Assembly (NCBI RefSeq): GCF_006345805.1
Contig: NW_021833893.1
Location: forward strand, 310,001 to 374,000
Direction of reading: 5' to 3'
DNA from: Octopus sinensis
Taxonomy: Eukaryota
DNA: 64,000 bases
Numbering within the stretch: position 1 is the stretch's first letter; each line of letters opens with the position of its first letter. Below, piece by piece: positions 37,031-49,190 of the stretch. A model generated the notes under the pieces. The model ran no database searches, had not been told where the DNA came from, and worked only from the letters and a program-made list of their open reading frames with translations. The position numbers and the translations under genes were made by a program.

Positions 37031-37407
37031 TATTGTTATATCCCGGGACGGTCATTTCTTTTCCTTGCCAAATAAACACACGCACTATATACTCATTCTT
37101 ACTTGTTTGTTACTATTCTTTTTCCTGTGCATTCTCTGGAAATCTTTCGTCACCGTTTCAGCGACTTTCCATCCCACGTGTCTCTTCCTGTTCCGTTTAG
37201 TCCATTCTAATGGACTAAGCAGAACTAAACAGAACAGGCGGAGACACGTAAGATGGAAAGTCATGGAAGTGGTCACAGGTGTGTGACGAAAGATTTTCAG
37301 CTTGTGGACATCAAATAAGAACAGTAATAAATAAGTGAAGAACGAATATAAAATGCGTGTGTTTATTTGGCAAGAAAAAATGAACCCCTCACCAAAATAT
37401 AACAATA
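37031..37407. mobile_element. Foldback/MITE-like palindromic element
   Basis: Long imperfect inverted arms (tattgttata...cttgccaaataaacacacgca...aaatctttcgtcac...gactttccatc and their reverse complements) around a central ttagtccatt-ct-aatggactaa hairpin. Confidence 0.8.
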
Positions 37408-37961
37408 CTTTTATATTATCAATGTAATTTGTGTTTGTATTTATATGCTTTTATTCTCTTATATGTTTCAACCTTGAAGCTGCGGCCATGCTGGGGTACC
37501 GAATAATTATAATATTATTATTATAATTATTTTATTAGTGTTAATAAATGCTTATTTTCAAATAACTATGAAGATTATCATTAACAAAGAGCTACAATCC
37601 TCGATGTGTTCTTTGAACGAAACAAAACGTACATTGTATAGCTCAACAATTACAAAACATACAGACATATATACTTTATTGTTCATATTAGAATGATCTC
37701 TCCCATAGTCTCATACTAGGCGTGATAAAATTAAGAGTAATTCAGTGATAGTATATGTTCTAACATCTATAGTAAAACATTTTTCTGTAAGGTCGTGGTA
37801 CAAAGTATGATTGTCTAAAAAATGAGTTCAGAATACTTAAATACATTATATGGTTGTCATATAAACTATACGCGTGTGTGTGTGTGTGCGTATGTACTTT
37901 TATAGCTGTATATGTGTGTGCGTGTATATATATCTGCATATCTTATTTGCGCGTGTGTGAA

Positions 37962-38165
37962 TATTGGTTTAACTTGTGGCAATTTTAGGGGAGAGATAAG
38001 TCGATTACATGAACCCGAGTATTAAACTGATACTTATTTAATCGACCTCGAAAGGACGGAAGGCACAGTCGACCACGGTAAAATTTGTACTCAGAACGGA
38101 AGACAGATGAAATGCCGCTAAGCATTTTGTCTGGCATGTTAAGGATTCAGCCGCCTTGCCGTCTT
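37962..38165 (-). mobile_element. SINE family A copy
   Basis: cgacctcgaaaggacggaaggcacagtcgacc...actcagaacg...gaaatgccgctaagcattt on the plus strand. Confidence 0.8.
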
Positions 38166-39870
38166 CGTGTGCGCGAATATTTATAGTCTTCTAAGAGAGA
38201 AGAAAATAAAAATGGACTCTTCATGTGGGAATGAAATAGTATGAAATTTTGTGTTGTTTCTTATATTTAAACTAATCTACAGAGATAAAGAGATTGAGTG
38301 AAGATACAAATATAAATCTGGCACTTCCACTTTTATTGAATCTGGAGATCCTAGTGGAGGATAAACATATTCTTCTAAAATAGCATATTCCACTAAACTG
38401 AAGGAGCATATGTACTGCATGATAAATAATGATTTAATTTCAAGTAACATGCAACAAAGCAAAAGCTGTGTGATGAATAAAAATGTGAAATACAATATGT
38501 CAGTATTTTTGGAATGTCTTCGAGGTTTGAAATTTATCATAGCAAATGAAAACTACCAATCAATAAATGTAGGTATAAGCTTAAAAATAGTCTCCAGATA
38601 AGTTTGTTTAGAATTTTGGAAATGGCTCTTTCCTGTAGATACGCACTTCGTTTGGTATATATTTAGTTAAGCGTAATATTTTCTCTTGATTCCCTGGTTT
38701 CAGTTTGTATTTGTAGTCATTCACATCACTGGTTCTCTTGAAAAAGCCGCGGAAACTGTACAATCTATTCTGTTTTTGTTGTTTTTTATAATCGAAAGGC
38801 TTCTACTTGCACCAGAAATGCTCATAATATTCACAAGAGCAGAACGATAATTTTTCGGAAAAATACAAAATTTCTGAAGTTTGGTCCATTGAAATTTGAG
38901 TTTAGGGATGTATTTACACAATCATAAATATATGGCTAAAAAGTGGAATACTGAACAGAGAATTACGGCTGTCAGATTCAGATGTGTGCATGTTAAAAAT
39001 ATGCTTTCTAAATGAATTTACAGGTAATTAATTATATTAACAAGGATTATCGCTATATATTCACAATCACTGAACACATAGTTACATCAGTCTTACACAG
39101 GGAATACACTAATAAAGAAAACGAATCTTAATTCGGCAGGCATTGTGTAGCACAATGGAAACATGAAGAGGAGAAATCCGTATTAAAACATTAGTTTGCA
39201 TAATTCTAAAATGTTTTCCAATCTAGTATGTAAACTTAAAATATTCATCAACATGTTTTCTGAATCGAATCATTAACTTCTTTAAGCCACTTCAATGATG
39301 TTTAAATCTCAGATATGCAAAGTAGTAACTCGATGAATTCGGTAATCATCTGTATCATTTTCTAAGTTTGATTTTCTTTTAATTGAAGAGAGAATTTCTG
39401 TTGGTTTGTTTCGTTTTTAATTCCTCGCCTTTTCGGTTTGATTTATTTCCTGTGAGTATAAAATAATGCATGAAAAATACAAATTGTTATTTTGCATTAC
39501 ACAACAAATTCAAGTTAGTGACAATATGAAGTCTCTGGGTCACTTATTTTATCAACAAAACTTACGATCAAAAGGTATAATGATACGAACCTTGTTTCGT
39601 ACGATATGTGATTTTGTATATCTATTGGATAGGGGAATATTAGTGTTGACTCAGCTAAACTATGAGAGAACGCTCCATAAATGTCTAAGGTAACAAAACA
39701 GGGGTTTGATACGAAATAAAAATTCTATTTAAACATCATCATAAACAACGATAAAAGTTCCCATTAATAATTTAATAACATATTTTCTATGTGCCTGTCT
39801 CTTTTTCTGTCATGCATACGCACATACACATACTTGCATATATGTATGTATATGTATGTCTGGGTGTGTG

Positions 39871-39910
<40 letters not shown>

Positions 39911-39934
39911 TTGTTTTCTTTTTGTAAATTCCAG

Positions 39935-39980
<46 letters not shown>

Positions 39981-40174
39981 TACGGAAGGGGGGAGTGCAT
40001 CTTACAGTCTAGGTAGGGGCGCTGCGAGCTGATTTAGGTGTGTACACACCATTTGTCAATAAGCGAGATATATTCTCTGTGACTAAACGCAGTGAGTAGC
40101 TTGTTTCCCAGTTCGAACATGCATCATGTATATTCGGACTGATAATAACATTACAATACATACACCCACCCACC

Positions 40175-40226
<52 letters not shown>

Positions 40227-40256
40227 TATATACACATTCTTCTACACACTTTGTCA

Positions 40257-40647
40257 CTCTTTTACTTGTTTCAGCCATTTGACCATGCTGGAGCACCGCC
40301 TTTTGTAGTTGAAGAAATCGACCCCAGGACTTATTTTTTGTCAACCTGGTACTTATTCTATCAGTACGTTGTTGCCGAACCGCTAAGTTATGGGGACGTA
40401 AACACACCATCATCGGTTGTCAAGTGATGGTGGAGGAACAAACACAGACACAAGAACATACAAACAAATATATACATATATATATACGACAGTCTCCTTT
40501 TCAGTTTCCGTCTACCAAATCCACTCACAAGGCTTTGGTTGGTCCATGGCTCTAGTAAAAATCTCTTGCCTAAGTTGCAACGCAGTGGGACTGAACCCGG
40601 AACTATGTGGTTGGGAAGCTTCTCACCACACATCCACACCTGCGCCT
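40257..40647 (-). mobile_element. SINE family B, near full length
   Basis: Reverse complement of the 27745-28161 type: head aggcgcaggtgtgg...ccgggttcagtcccactgcg; tail ctgaaacaagtaaaagagt. Confidence 0.85.
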
Positions 40648-40714
40648 GTATATATATATATATATATATATAATTAGTGAATGGAAGAAATGGAGTTGAA
40701 GGAAGATTGTACAG

Positions 40715-40822
40715 AATTCCTTTTATTACATTCTACACATGTTTCAAAGGCCACAATTTTCCAAATTCTGATTAAATAAGGATACCATATTGCAGCTTTC
40801 TCTTCAGGAAAAACCAGGAATT
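40715..40822 (-). ncRNA. Hammerhead-like motif near the left outer end of the palindrome
   Basis: Mirror image of 44018-44125; CTGAAGA at 40807-40801. Confidence 0.6.
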
Positions 40823-41449
40823 ACGTTGTCAGAACAAAACAAAACAGAGGCGCAGCAAAGGAATTCGAACGAGGACGCTCCTTAAGAGCCCATGGGTAAA
40901 CTGTTTAACAATGTACGTTGAAATCGGGGGGTTGGTGGGGGCCGACAAAAGGTCCGTTGGAATAAATCCAGGTCAGGCCGCGGTCAAATCTAGTAGGTGA
41001 GGAATTAATGAGAACAAGGGGTGTGGAGATGTTCTGTGTGACCAAAACTAATGTTCTGAATATTTTAAGAATACAGGGTGTATTTTTTAGGTGCGAGACA
41101 AAACCTACCTAAAAGCATGTATGTGTATACTAGCCTATGTGTGCGCCGCCGTATGTTGGCGAGGGGCGCTAGATAATGAGCACTGCTGAAAAAAGCCTGT
41201 CAGGCGGCTGAAAAAATTCTGTGTTCGTGTGTTCGTCTGTGGCTTGCTTGTCTAAAAATTATCATCGTCAAAGAATCATGAGGGTATATAATTCCAGCGT
41301 TTGCTTCTAAAAAACCGACCAATCGCCTAAGGGGAGTAATTTCCCCTTGCAAGAGTTATTCAGAGATTTTTTAAAAAGTTTTTTCAAAAATTATTTCCAA
41401 AAATTATTTTCATTTTAATAGGGTAACAAGGTGTTAATTGTCTTAGGTA

Positions 41450-42844
41450 TCATTTATATGTAAGATAAGTATGACGCCGCCAATGGGGACATCGAAAAGC
41501 CGTCTGTAAAAGCCCGTTTACCAAACGGCCTCTGGCGAACAATATGTGGAAAAGCTCAGAGTTACAAAGATTACACCTCCTTCTGCCCCTATCAAACGGG
41601 AGGGCCACCGAAAAAATCGACCATTCCAGCCTAAAAACTGAATTCGCGTTTTTCAAACGCCAGATAAGTTTGCTAAGTCCTGTAGCTTGGTATTTATTAA
41701 CGTCGCGAAAAGTTGCGAAATGGTTCGATATTCTCAAGGCCAATTTTGACGATGAGGCCCCGACATACGAGTAGACATCCGAATCCGTGTAAACATTGCA
41801 TTGGTAAATGGCATTTCTGATCTTGGAGTTACTAGACAAGAACCTTATTCTATTGGGATTAGCTTCTGATATTAATACTGCGTTTCTGTTACTATATTGA
41901 CTGTGAGAACTGCGGCCGCCTACTACATTATACTCCTCATTATCAATATTAATTAACGGACTATCCCCTGTGTATTCCCTATCACTGAGAACGCTGTGAT
42001 TGCTAGTATCCGTGGACCTACTATCGTCGGAAACGTTGCTAAAGTTGCTATTATGACTCTCTACATTAATGACCCGAACTGCGCTCACCTCCCTATAACC
42101 ATTACTAACTTTATTAACATCATCATTTCTTCTATCGTTAATCCTATTATTTACTCCCTGGTTGGTACTGAGATTACCAGTCACTGTACTGGCTCTTTTA
42201 TCATTATTACTACTATTATTATTCCTACTGCGCGTTAAACTGGAAGTAGACGGAGCTGCGCCTCCGGACAATGGTGATAGGGTCTTAGTAAGCAGCCTAT
42301 TATTATGGGAGGCGATTATCTGGGAAAGGTTTTTTGTGTTGGAGAAAGCTATCCTAACTTTATGTGAATTAACCGTGGAGTAATATTTGGAATTTCTGGG
42401 AAAGTTACTGGCAATGGCTTGGCGAAACAGGAGGGGAAGATTAGTTCTAATCTGCTTACCAAAGGGAATTACAAACCAGATATGTTTATTCCTATTTTTG
42501 TGATGGGTCGGAGAGCCAGCTCTGACATTAGGGTGGGTGATTCTAGGTTGAATAAAAGGTTTTGGTTTAGTATGACGTCCCCCGGACCGTAAATTACCTA
42601 TGTTCCCTAAATTAAATCCAGAAGTACCTGCTCCAACACTAAAAGAGCCAGTACAGTGACTGGTAATCTCAGTACCAACCAGGGAGTAAATAATAGGATT
42701 AACGATAGAAGAAATGGTGATGTTAATAAAGTTAGTAATGGTTATAGGGAGGTGAGCGCAGTTCGGGTCATTAATGTAGAGAGTCATAATAGCAACTTTA
42801 GCAACGTTTCCGACAATAGTAGGTCCACGGATACTAGCAATCAC
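41450..42844 (-). CDS. PLE-derived ORF: RT thumb-region remnant + long N/S-rich linker + GIY-YIG endonuclease (first ~68 codons are antisense of the right arm)
   Basis: RNKHIWFVIPFG...VNSHKVRIAFSNTKNLSQIIASHNNRLL (post-RT region of PLEs); AIYQCNV...SYVGAS...RISNHFATFR...LSKLIWRLK...CNLCNSE...LVN...CPH. No RT catalytic core. First in-frame ATG is at 42787. Confidence 0.85.
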   Translation of the reverse strand: MIASIRGPTIVGNVAKVAIMTLYINDPNCAHLPITITNFINITISSIVNPIIYSLVGTEITSHCTGSFSVGAGTSGFNLGNIGNLRSGGRHTKPKPFIQPRITHPNVRAGSPTHHKNRNKHIWFVIPFGKQIRTNLPLLFRQAIASNFPRNSKYYSTVNSHKVRIAFSNTKNLSQIIASHNNRLLTKTLSPLSGGAAPSTSSLTRSRNNNSSNNDKRASTVTGNLSTNQGVNNRINDRRNDDVNKVSNGYREVSAVRVINVESHNSNFSNVSDDSRSTDTSNHSVLSDREYTGDSPLINIDNEEYNVVGGRSSHSQYSNRNAVLISEANPNRIRFLSSNSKIRNAIYQCNVYTDSDVYSYVGASSSKLALRISNHFATFRDVNKYQATGLSKLIWRLKNANSVFRLEWSIFSVALPFDRGRRRCNLCNSELFHILFARGRLVNGLLQTAFRCPHWRRHTYLTYK

Positions 42845-43390
42845 AGCGTTCTCAGTGATAGGGAATACACATGGGATAGTCCGTTAATTAATATTGATAA
42901 TGAGGAGTATAATGTAGTAGGCGGCCGCAGTTCTCACAGTCAATATAGTAACAGAAACGCAGTATTAATATCTGAAGCTAATCCCAATAGAATAAGGTTC
43001 TTGTCTAGTAACTCCAAGATCAGAAATGCCATTTACCAATGCAATGTTTACACGGATTCGGATGTCTACTCGTATGTCGGGGCCTCATCGTCAAAATTGG
43101 CCTTGAGAATATCGAACCATTTCGCAACTTTTCGCGACGTTAATAAATACCAAGCTACAGGACTTAGCAAACTTATCTGGCGTTTGAAAAACGCGAATTC
43201 AGTTTTTAGGCTGGAATGGTCGATTTTTTCGGTGGCCCTCCCGTTTGATAGGGGCAGAAGGAGGTGTAATCTTTGTAACTCTGAGCTTTTCCACATATTG
43301 TTCGCCAGAGGCCGTTTGGTAAACGGGCTTTTACAGACGGCTTTTCGACGTCCCCATTGGCGGCGTCATACTTATCTTACATATAAATGA
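42656..43390 (+). CDS. Second copy of linker + GIY-YIG endonuclease (right arm)
   Basis: Matches the left-arm protein except D>G, D>N, G>W and C>R (FRCPH becomes FRRPH). Starts at GTG with no in-frame ATG. Confidence 0.8.
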   Translation: MTGNLSTNQGVNNRINDRRNGDVNKVSNGYREVSAVRVINVESHNSNFSNVSDNSRSTDTSNHSVLSDREYTWDSPLINIDNEEYNVVGGRSSHSQYSNRNAVLISEANPNRIRFLSSNSKIRNAIYQCNVYTDSDVYSYVGASSSKLALRISNHFATFRDVNKYQATGLSKLIWRLKNANSVFRLEWSIFSVALPFDRGRRRCNLCNSELFHILFARGRLVNGLLQTAFRRPHWRRHTYLTYK

Positions 43391-44017
43391 TACCTAAGAC
43401 AATTAACACCTTGTTACCCTATTAAAATGAAAATAATTTTTGGAAATAATTTTTGAAAAAACTTTTTAAAAAATCTCTGAATAACTCTTGCAAGGGGAAA
43501 TTACTCCCCTTAGGCGATTGGTCGGTTTTTTAGAAGCAAACGCTGGAATTATATACCCTCATGATTCTTTGACGATGATAATTTTTAGACAAGCAGGCCA
43601 CAGACGAACACACGAACACAGAATTTTTTCAGCCGCCTGACAGGCTTTTTTCAGCAGTGCTCATTATCTAGCGCCCCTCGCCAACATACGGCGGCGCACA
43701 CATAGGCTAGTATACACATACATGCTTTTAGGTAGGTTTTGTCTCGCACCTAAAAAATACACCCTGTATTCTTAAAATATTCAGAACATTAGTTTTGGTC
43801 ACACAGAACATCTCCACACCCCTTGTTCTCATTAATTCCTCACCTACTAGATTTGACCGCGGCCTGACATGGATTTATTCCAACGGACCTTTTGTCGGCC
43901 CCCACCAACCCCCCGATTTCAACGTACATTGTTAAACAGTTTACCCATGGGCTCTTAAGGAGCGTCCTCGTTCGAATTCCTTTGCTGCGCCTCTGTTTTG
44001 TTTTGTTCTGACAACGT

Positions 44018-44125
44018 AATTCCTGGTTTTTCCTGAAGAGAAAGCTGCAATATGGTATCCTTATTTAATCAGAATTTGGAAAATTGTGGCCTTTGAAACA
44101 TGTGTAGAATGTAATAAAAGGAATT
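44018..44125 (+). ncRNA. Hammerhead-like motif near the right outer end of the palindrome
   Basis: CTGAAGA at 44033-44039; stem II gaaagctgcaa/ttgtggccttt (1 mismatch); GAAAC at 44095; stem III ACAT/ATGT; GTA at 44111-44113; distal stem I aattcct/aggaatt. Proximal stem I is imperfect. Confidence 0.6.
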
Positions 44126-44537
44126 CTGTACAATCTTCGTTCAACTCCATTTCTTCCATTCACTAATTATATTAAACTTCAATTATCCGCACCAACGCAC
44201 GGTTGCAACACCATATGGTCTTATCTCCAACCGTGTTTTTTCTGCTGTGATTTTTGTTACCCAGATATCGGTTAAACTTTTGAATAATCCGTAACAAGAA
44301 AATTCATCTTTCCATTTAAGCAAATATATATATATATATATATATATATTACTGTTTTTATGCTTAGTTAAAATAAAAACAATTTTACATTAATCTGACG
44401 TTATTTTACAGTAATACTTTTGTAGCGTACTAATTATTATTCTTAAACAAGACTGCTGATGACAGTGACTTCCAAGATTCGACTAGCTAAGCCATCGTCG
44501 GATTCCGATGCATTGAAGTTAGTATTATCTTTATATA

Positions 44538-44895
44538 CAGGGTGGTCCGAAAGCCTTGTCACCACCTGTAAATATTGTTTTAATTTTCTATTATCAAGGA
44601 GAGGGCTTCACAAGAGCGATACCGGAATACCCAACAGTCGAAGGACATTGTATCGGCAGCCTTTGCAACAATCACCAAAGCACAGCTTCGTTAAATATTA
44701 CACAGGACATGGCACCGCATCATTTTGTGTTACGAAAATGATAGTGTTCGAACAAACCTTCACCATATGTAATAGTATCAGTGTCAATGAAAGTAAATAT
44801 ACTAAAACCACTACATGTGTTTCATATTATTATATTGTTCTTCCGTTATTCTTAGTACTATCCGGTAGGTGGGGACAAGACTTTCGGACCACTGC
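44538..44895 (+). mobile_element. Non-autonomous Tc1/mariner derivative (~360 bp)
   Basis: TIRs cagggtggtccgaaagccttgtcaccacct and aggtggggacaagactttcggaccactgc, with TA flanks. The interior resembles a transposase C-terminal remnant. Confidence 0.75.
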
Positions 44896-45049
44896 ATAGT
44901 CTCTGCTGAGTGAAAATTATATTTGAATATGTGGGTTTGAGTGGGGTGATAATTAGATTCTATAGTTGGTTGTTATGGAAAGGTATAACATATACATACA
45001 TGCATACATACATACATACATACACATACACATATATGTATTGTGTGTG

Positions 45050-45082
<33 letters not shown>

Positions 45083-45116
45083 GTATATGTATGTATATGT
45101 GTGTGTCTGTGTGTGT

Positions 45117-45396
45117 AGGCGCAGGCGAATATGTGTGATAAGAAGCTTGTTTCGGACCACATGGTTCCGAGTTCAGTCCCATTGCGTGGCATTTTCAGCA
45201 AGTGCCTTCTACTATAGTCACAGGCCGTCCAAAGCCTTGTGAGTGGATTTGGTAGACGGAAATCGAAAGAAACCCCTCGTGCATATATAGAATAATTATT
45301 AGGCTTACAAAGAATAAGTCCTGGGGTTGGTTTGTTCGACTAAGGGCCGTGCTCCAGCATGGCCGCAGTCAAAGGACTGAAACAAATAAAAGAATA
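45117..45396 (+). mobile_element. SINE family B with internal deletion
   Basis: Family B head and tail, lacking the gtccccgtaac middle segment. Confidence 0.85.
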
Positions 45397-46669
45397 TATA
45401 TATATACTTGGATAACCGTTCTGAACTAGGAGTATCCTGTATACACTGTGCCACCCGTACTTTTAAGTATTTTAAATAATAACATTCATACCAATTCTAA
45501 ATTTTCAAATCTTAATATCTTGTAACCAAATAAGGGATTAATATACCAAACTGGCTTTTATTTAACCTGCATAGATTATTAAGAAATTTTATAATATAAA
45601 TAAATTTGAATAAAGTGAAATCAGAATTTTTTTATAATCTCCTATATGAGGTTGCAAAATCCTATATATCTAGGGAAATTATTTGGTTCATTTTGATTAC
45701 CTCCCTTCCATTACTTTTTAATATGACTTATAGACTCCTGATATATGTGCTAATTGATAAGGTTTTTTTTTTTTACAGTTAGTAAATATTATATCTAGCA
45801 TATTCTTTTAATTTAACTCATTAATAAAATAAATCCCTATTTACTAACTAACTACGATTATATATTAATAGAAATGGATATATATATATATAAATTTATA
45901 TAAGTATGAAATGATTTCTATATTTTATATCCCTATATAAGATACCAAAATTTATTGGAATCCTTTGGAAAAACTATCTAAAAGATATTTATTTAAAATT
46001 CACAAGCAGAATTATGGCTGTTAAATGGCAAGGGGCATTAGAAATCTCTAGAGCATTAGTAGTCTCTATTCCCCCTACCCCACTAACTTCAGCCACTAAA
46101 TTTTGCTAAAATACATTCAAATAGGCCTAAGTTAAATTCCTCATAATGAGGATGGATTTACGGCTTTGACATTTGTACTACCCCTTCCTCTATCTATAAA
46201 TAGAAAAAAATATTGTTTGTCTTCATTGAATCAAGAAAAGAAACCCCTTCCCCACTGACAGATCTAAATAACAAAGTGAACTCAGTGACAAAAAATCTAC
46301 AGATGGAGAAGGACATACTACCACCATGTTCTTATTGATGAAATTAGCCTCTCTGTCTATATATCTACCCTCTTTGTAATGTTGGCAAATGAAATAAGTA
46401 TAAAAATGTCCATTGTCCATTTAATTAAAACATTCTGTATGTGGCTGAAGATTGCTCAACATTTTAAAACTGATGTAATACTTACAGTGTTTAATAAAAT
46501 GAAGTAGCATGAAACGATTGTACTACACTAACTTGGATATCCTTGTTGCAAATTTTGCTGAACTTATAAATATATATATATATAAAACATACCATCTACT
46601 AGTATATATATATGTGTATGTGTGTGTATTCATGCATATATGTATGTCTGTTTATGTGTATGTATGTGT

Positions 46670-46862
46670 GAATTTGTGTTTGTCCCCCACCCCTGCTTGA
46701 CAAGCGCCGTTCATGTGTTTAAGTCCCCGTAACCCAGCGGTTCAGCAATAGAGATCGGTAGAATAAGCACTAGACTTAGAAAAACGAGTCCTGTGCTCGA
46801 TTTGCTTGACTAAACCCCTCCAAGGCGGTGCCCGACTATGGATGTAGTCAAATGACTGAAAA
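46670..46862 (+). mobile_element. SINE family B, 3' half
   Basis: gcttgacaa...gtccccgtaac...gcggttc...tagaataagcactag...aatgactgaa. Confidence 0.8.
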
Positions 46863-46876
46863 AAACCCAAACACAA

Positions 46877-46925
<49 letters not shown>

Positions 46926-48454
46926 TATATATAATAAATTACCGCATCCTACCTAAATTGGATGTTTTCTCGGTAAACGTGCCGAGAAATCATCTCGTTT
47001 AGGCGACAAATGTTAAAAAACAAAATTTCTTCAGCATTGCTGGATGGCACAATTGTATCGCGTGATTTCGTCTTAGAACATTCAGTTTAGGTTGGATGTG
47101 CTAATACGAAGTCTGATTCGTCGCTAGTAGCTAATATTCATACATATATACATCTGTGTGTGTGTGTGTGTGCGTAATCGAAATAAGGCGTCAATGAAAG
47201 AGTTTATGACATCCTTCATGAGCAGTTACAATTTTGTTTGCTGCAACTCTGTTTTTGAATGCTATTTCACGCAGTTCTCTGTAGTTTAAAACGTTAGTGT
47301 AGAACGTAATCATTCATGTATCACAGGAGCGCTCTTACATCCGTTAAAACCGCAAGTATTACGAAATCTTTCACATGGAACTTTCGCATGAATTGGCTGT
47401 TAGAACAGAAACGGTTGTAGCTAGTCATTAAAGAGGTGATACACTCTCTCTTTGTCTTCGTATTTGGATTATATTTTATTCTTCAGCAAAACCCACTCAT
47501 GTGACAACTGGATTTTTTGCACCTGGAGGATTTGATCTTACTTAGGACTACAATTTAAGAGTGTTGATAACCTCAAGCTCGACTCGAGCGGCGCATTGTA
47601 ATGACACCGTTTCACTGCCCGTCCAGAACCTTAATACATACACACGCACACATACATACATTCATATATACATACACACACACTTACATACATCCATCCA
47701 TCCATCCATCCATCCATCCATCCATCCATACATACATACATACGTGCGTGCGTACATACATACATACTTACATACACACAGGCATGCATACATACACACG
47801 ACGCCGTCAGCATCGGACGTGAAGGTGTAGAGGACCGTTTAAAAAGTCCGTTTTGAACGCCTTCCTCTAGAAATATGCCGACTTCTCCAGCCTAAATCGA
47901 TAACTGGTTTATTTCTCCAATAATTTGTAAGAGAAACACCTTTTACTCACCGACGTAGCGTTATCTTGAACAGATTTTAAAATATACTCCTACACCACAT
48001 GGAATCTCGCTAACACGATTATGACTGAAACTAAAACCACCACGGATGAAACTGACAACGTCACCACGAATAAAAAACAGAACTACTTCACCAGTAAGCT
48101 ATTTAAGAAGATGTAAATACAAGTGCAATCAGTGAGTGGAACAGTAAAAACATGCGACCCTTTTCTCAAATTCCCAATCTGAATTTGTGTTATCTACATA
48201 CCAAAGATGGAGCCTTATATCAATGTTGGAAACCGGCTCCATCCTCAGTGAAGATGTATAATAATTAAAAAAATAGAATACACACACACACACACACACA
48301 TACTCCACCAAAAACATCGACACGCCATCCAACGAACTATAGAACTATACACTCGAATGCTGTTGGAGAAGATTATGGACGTGATTAGGCGTATGAGCTT
48401 TCCGCTACGTTCTAGCCGCACCAGGTCTGGAGGGTGACAACTATAGCATTAGAT

Positions 48455-49190
48455 TAAGGAAATACCAGCCCAGAATTAAAGACCTCGAACCCTTTGAAGC
48501 GGACCTTCTAGGAATTATCTCAAAAGGGAAATTCCATAAGTCCTCTTCCTCCTTCCAACGTAAACTCCGTGCCGACATTAGGATATTAAAAACTCGGATA
48601 GGTCCCTAATTTTCTCCGATAAGACGAAGAACTTATATCGGTTAGATACCATAGAACAACTACTAGAAAATAACATTACACAGACACACAGGCAACCCCC
48701 GCCCCACATACAGCAGTGAAACTAAAAAATTAGCTAATAATTTAGAGATAGGGGACAGGGTAGAAATCCACGCTAAAAGAAACGCTTTCATCACCATAAA
48801 AGGTCACAAACCGAACTTTGCCTCTAACCCTAAGTGCCGCCTTATCAATCCGGGCAAATTCGAGATCGATCTGGTAGAAGAAGAAAACGCCGCAGAAATA
48901 CAATTTGGTTTGCCCCGCCTTCTCCCTTAATACCATAACGCCCGTAGGTAGACTTTTCCTTTAAATTAATAGATGAATACTTTACATACCTCCATTTTCA
49001 ACAGGTGCAACGTTAGGGTCTCGTTTATCTGTGCCCCTAGTGATAAGAGAATCTTAGTTGGCGCCCCTAAGCAACGGGAAGAGGCGGGTTGTTCATGCAG
49101 GATCCACAACAGTTGCTCGGTAGAAGACCGCTGCGAAACCAAAGGCGTTGTCTATCAAGCCGAGGTGCGGGCGAACCCGGCCAATTCCAC
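48455..49190 (+). mobile_element. Internally deleted Penelope-like RT/EN remnant
   Basis: DLEPFEADLL...FQRKLRADI...DKTKNLY...NAFITIKGHKPNFASNPKCRLINPGKFEI (PLE RT N-terminus), then FNRCNVRVSF...GCSCRIHNSCSVEDRCETKGVVYQAEV (Cys linker + first GIY-YIG motif). The RT core is missing. Confidence 0.8.

Larger units (their letters stand above)
40668..44172. mobile_element. Head-to-head inverted pair of 5'-truncated Penelope-like elements (3.5-kb palindrome)
   Basis: 40668-42200 is the reverse complement of 42640-44172 (1,533 bp each, at least 7 substitutions seen), with a 439-bp unique spacer. 3' ends point outward. Confidence 0.92.

Noticed and set aside
38277-38800. Protein-like open stretches on the minus strand (e.g. 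RLYSFRGFFKRTSDVNDYKYKLK; EEYVYPPLGSPDSIKVEVP) as host exons
   Set aside because: No recognisable domain and no convincing pair of splice sites; TBLASTX/RNA-seq would be needed.
45900-46440. Very degraded L1/Tx1-like RT segment (FIGIPL-like)
   Set aside because: The similarity is too faint to distinguish from chance in AT-rich DNA.
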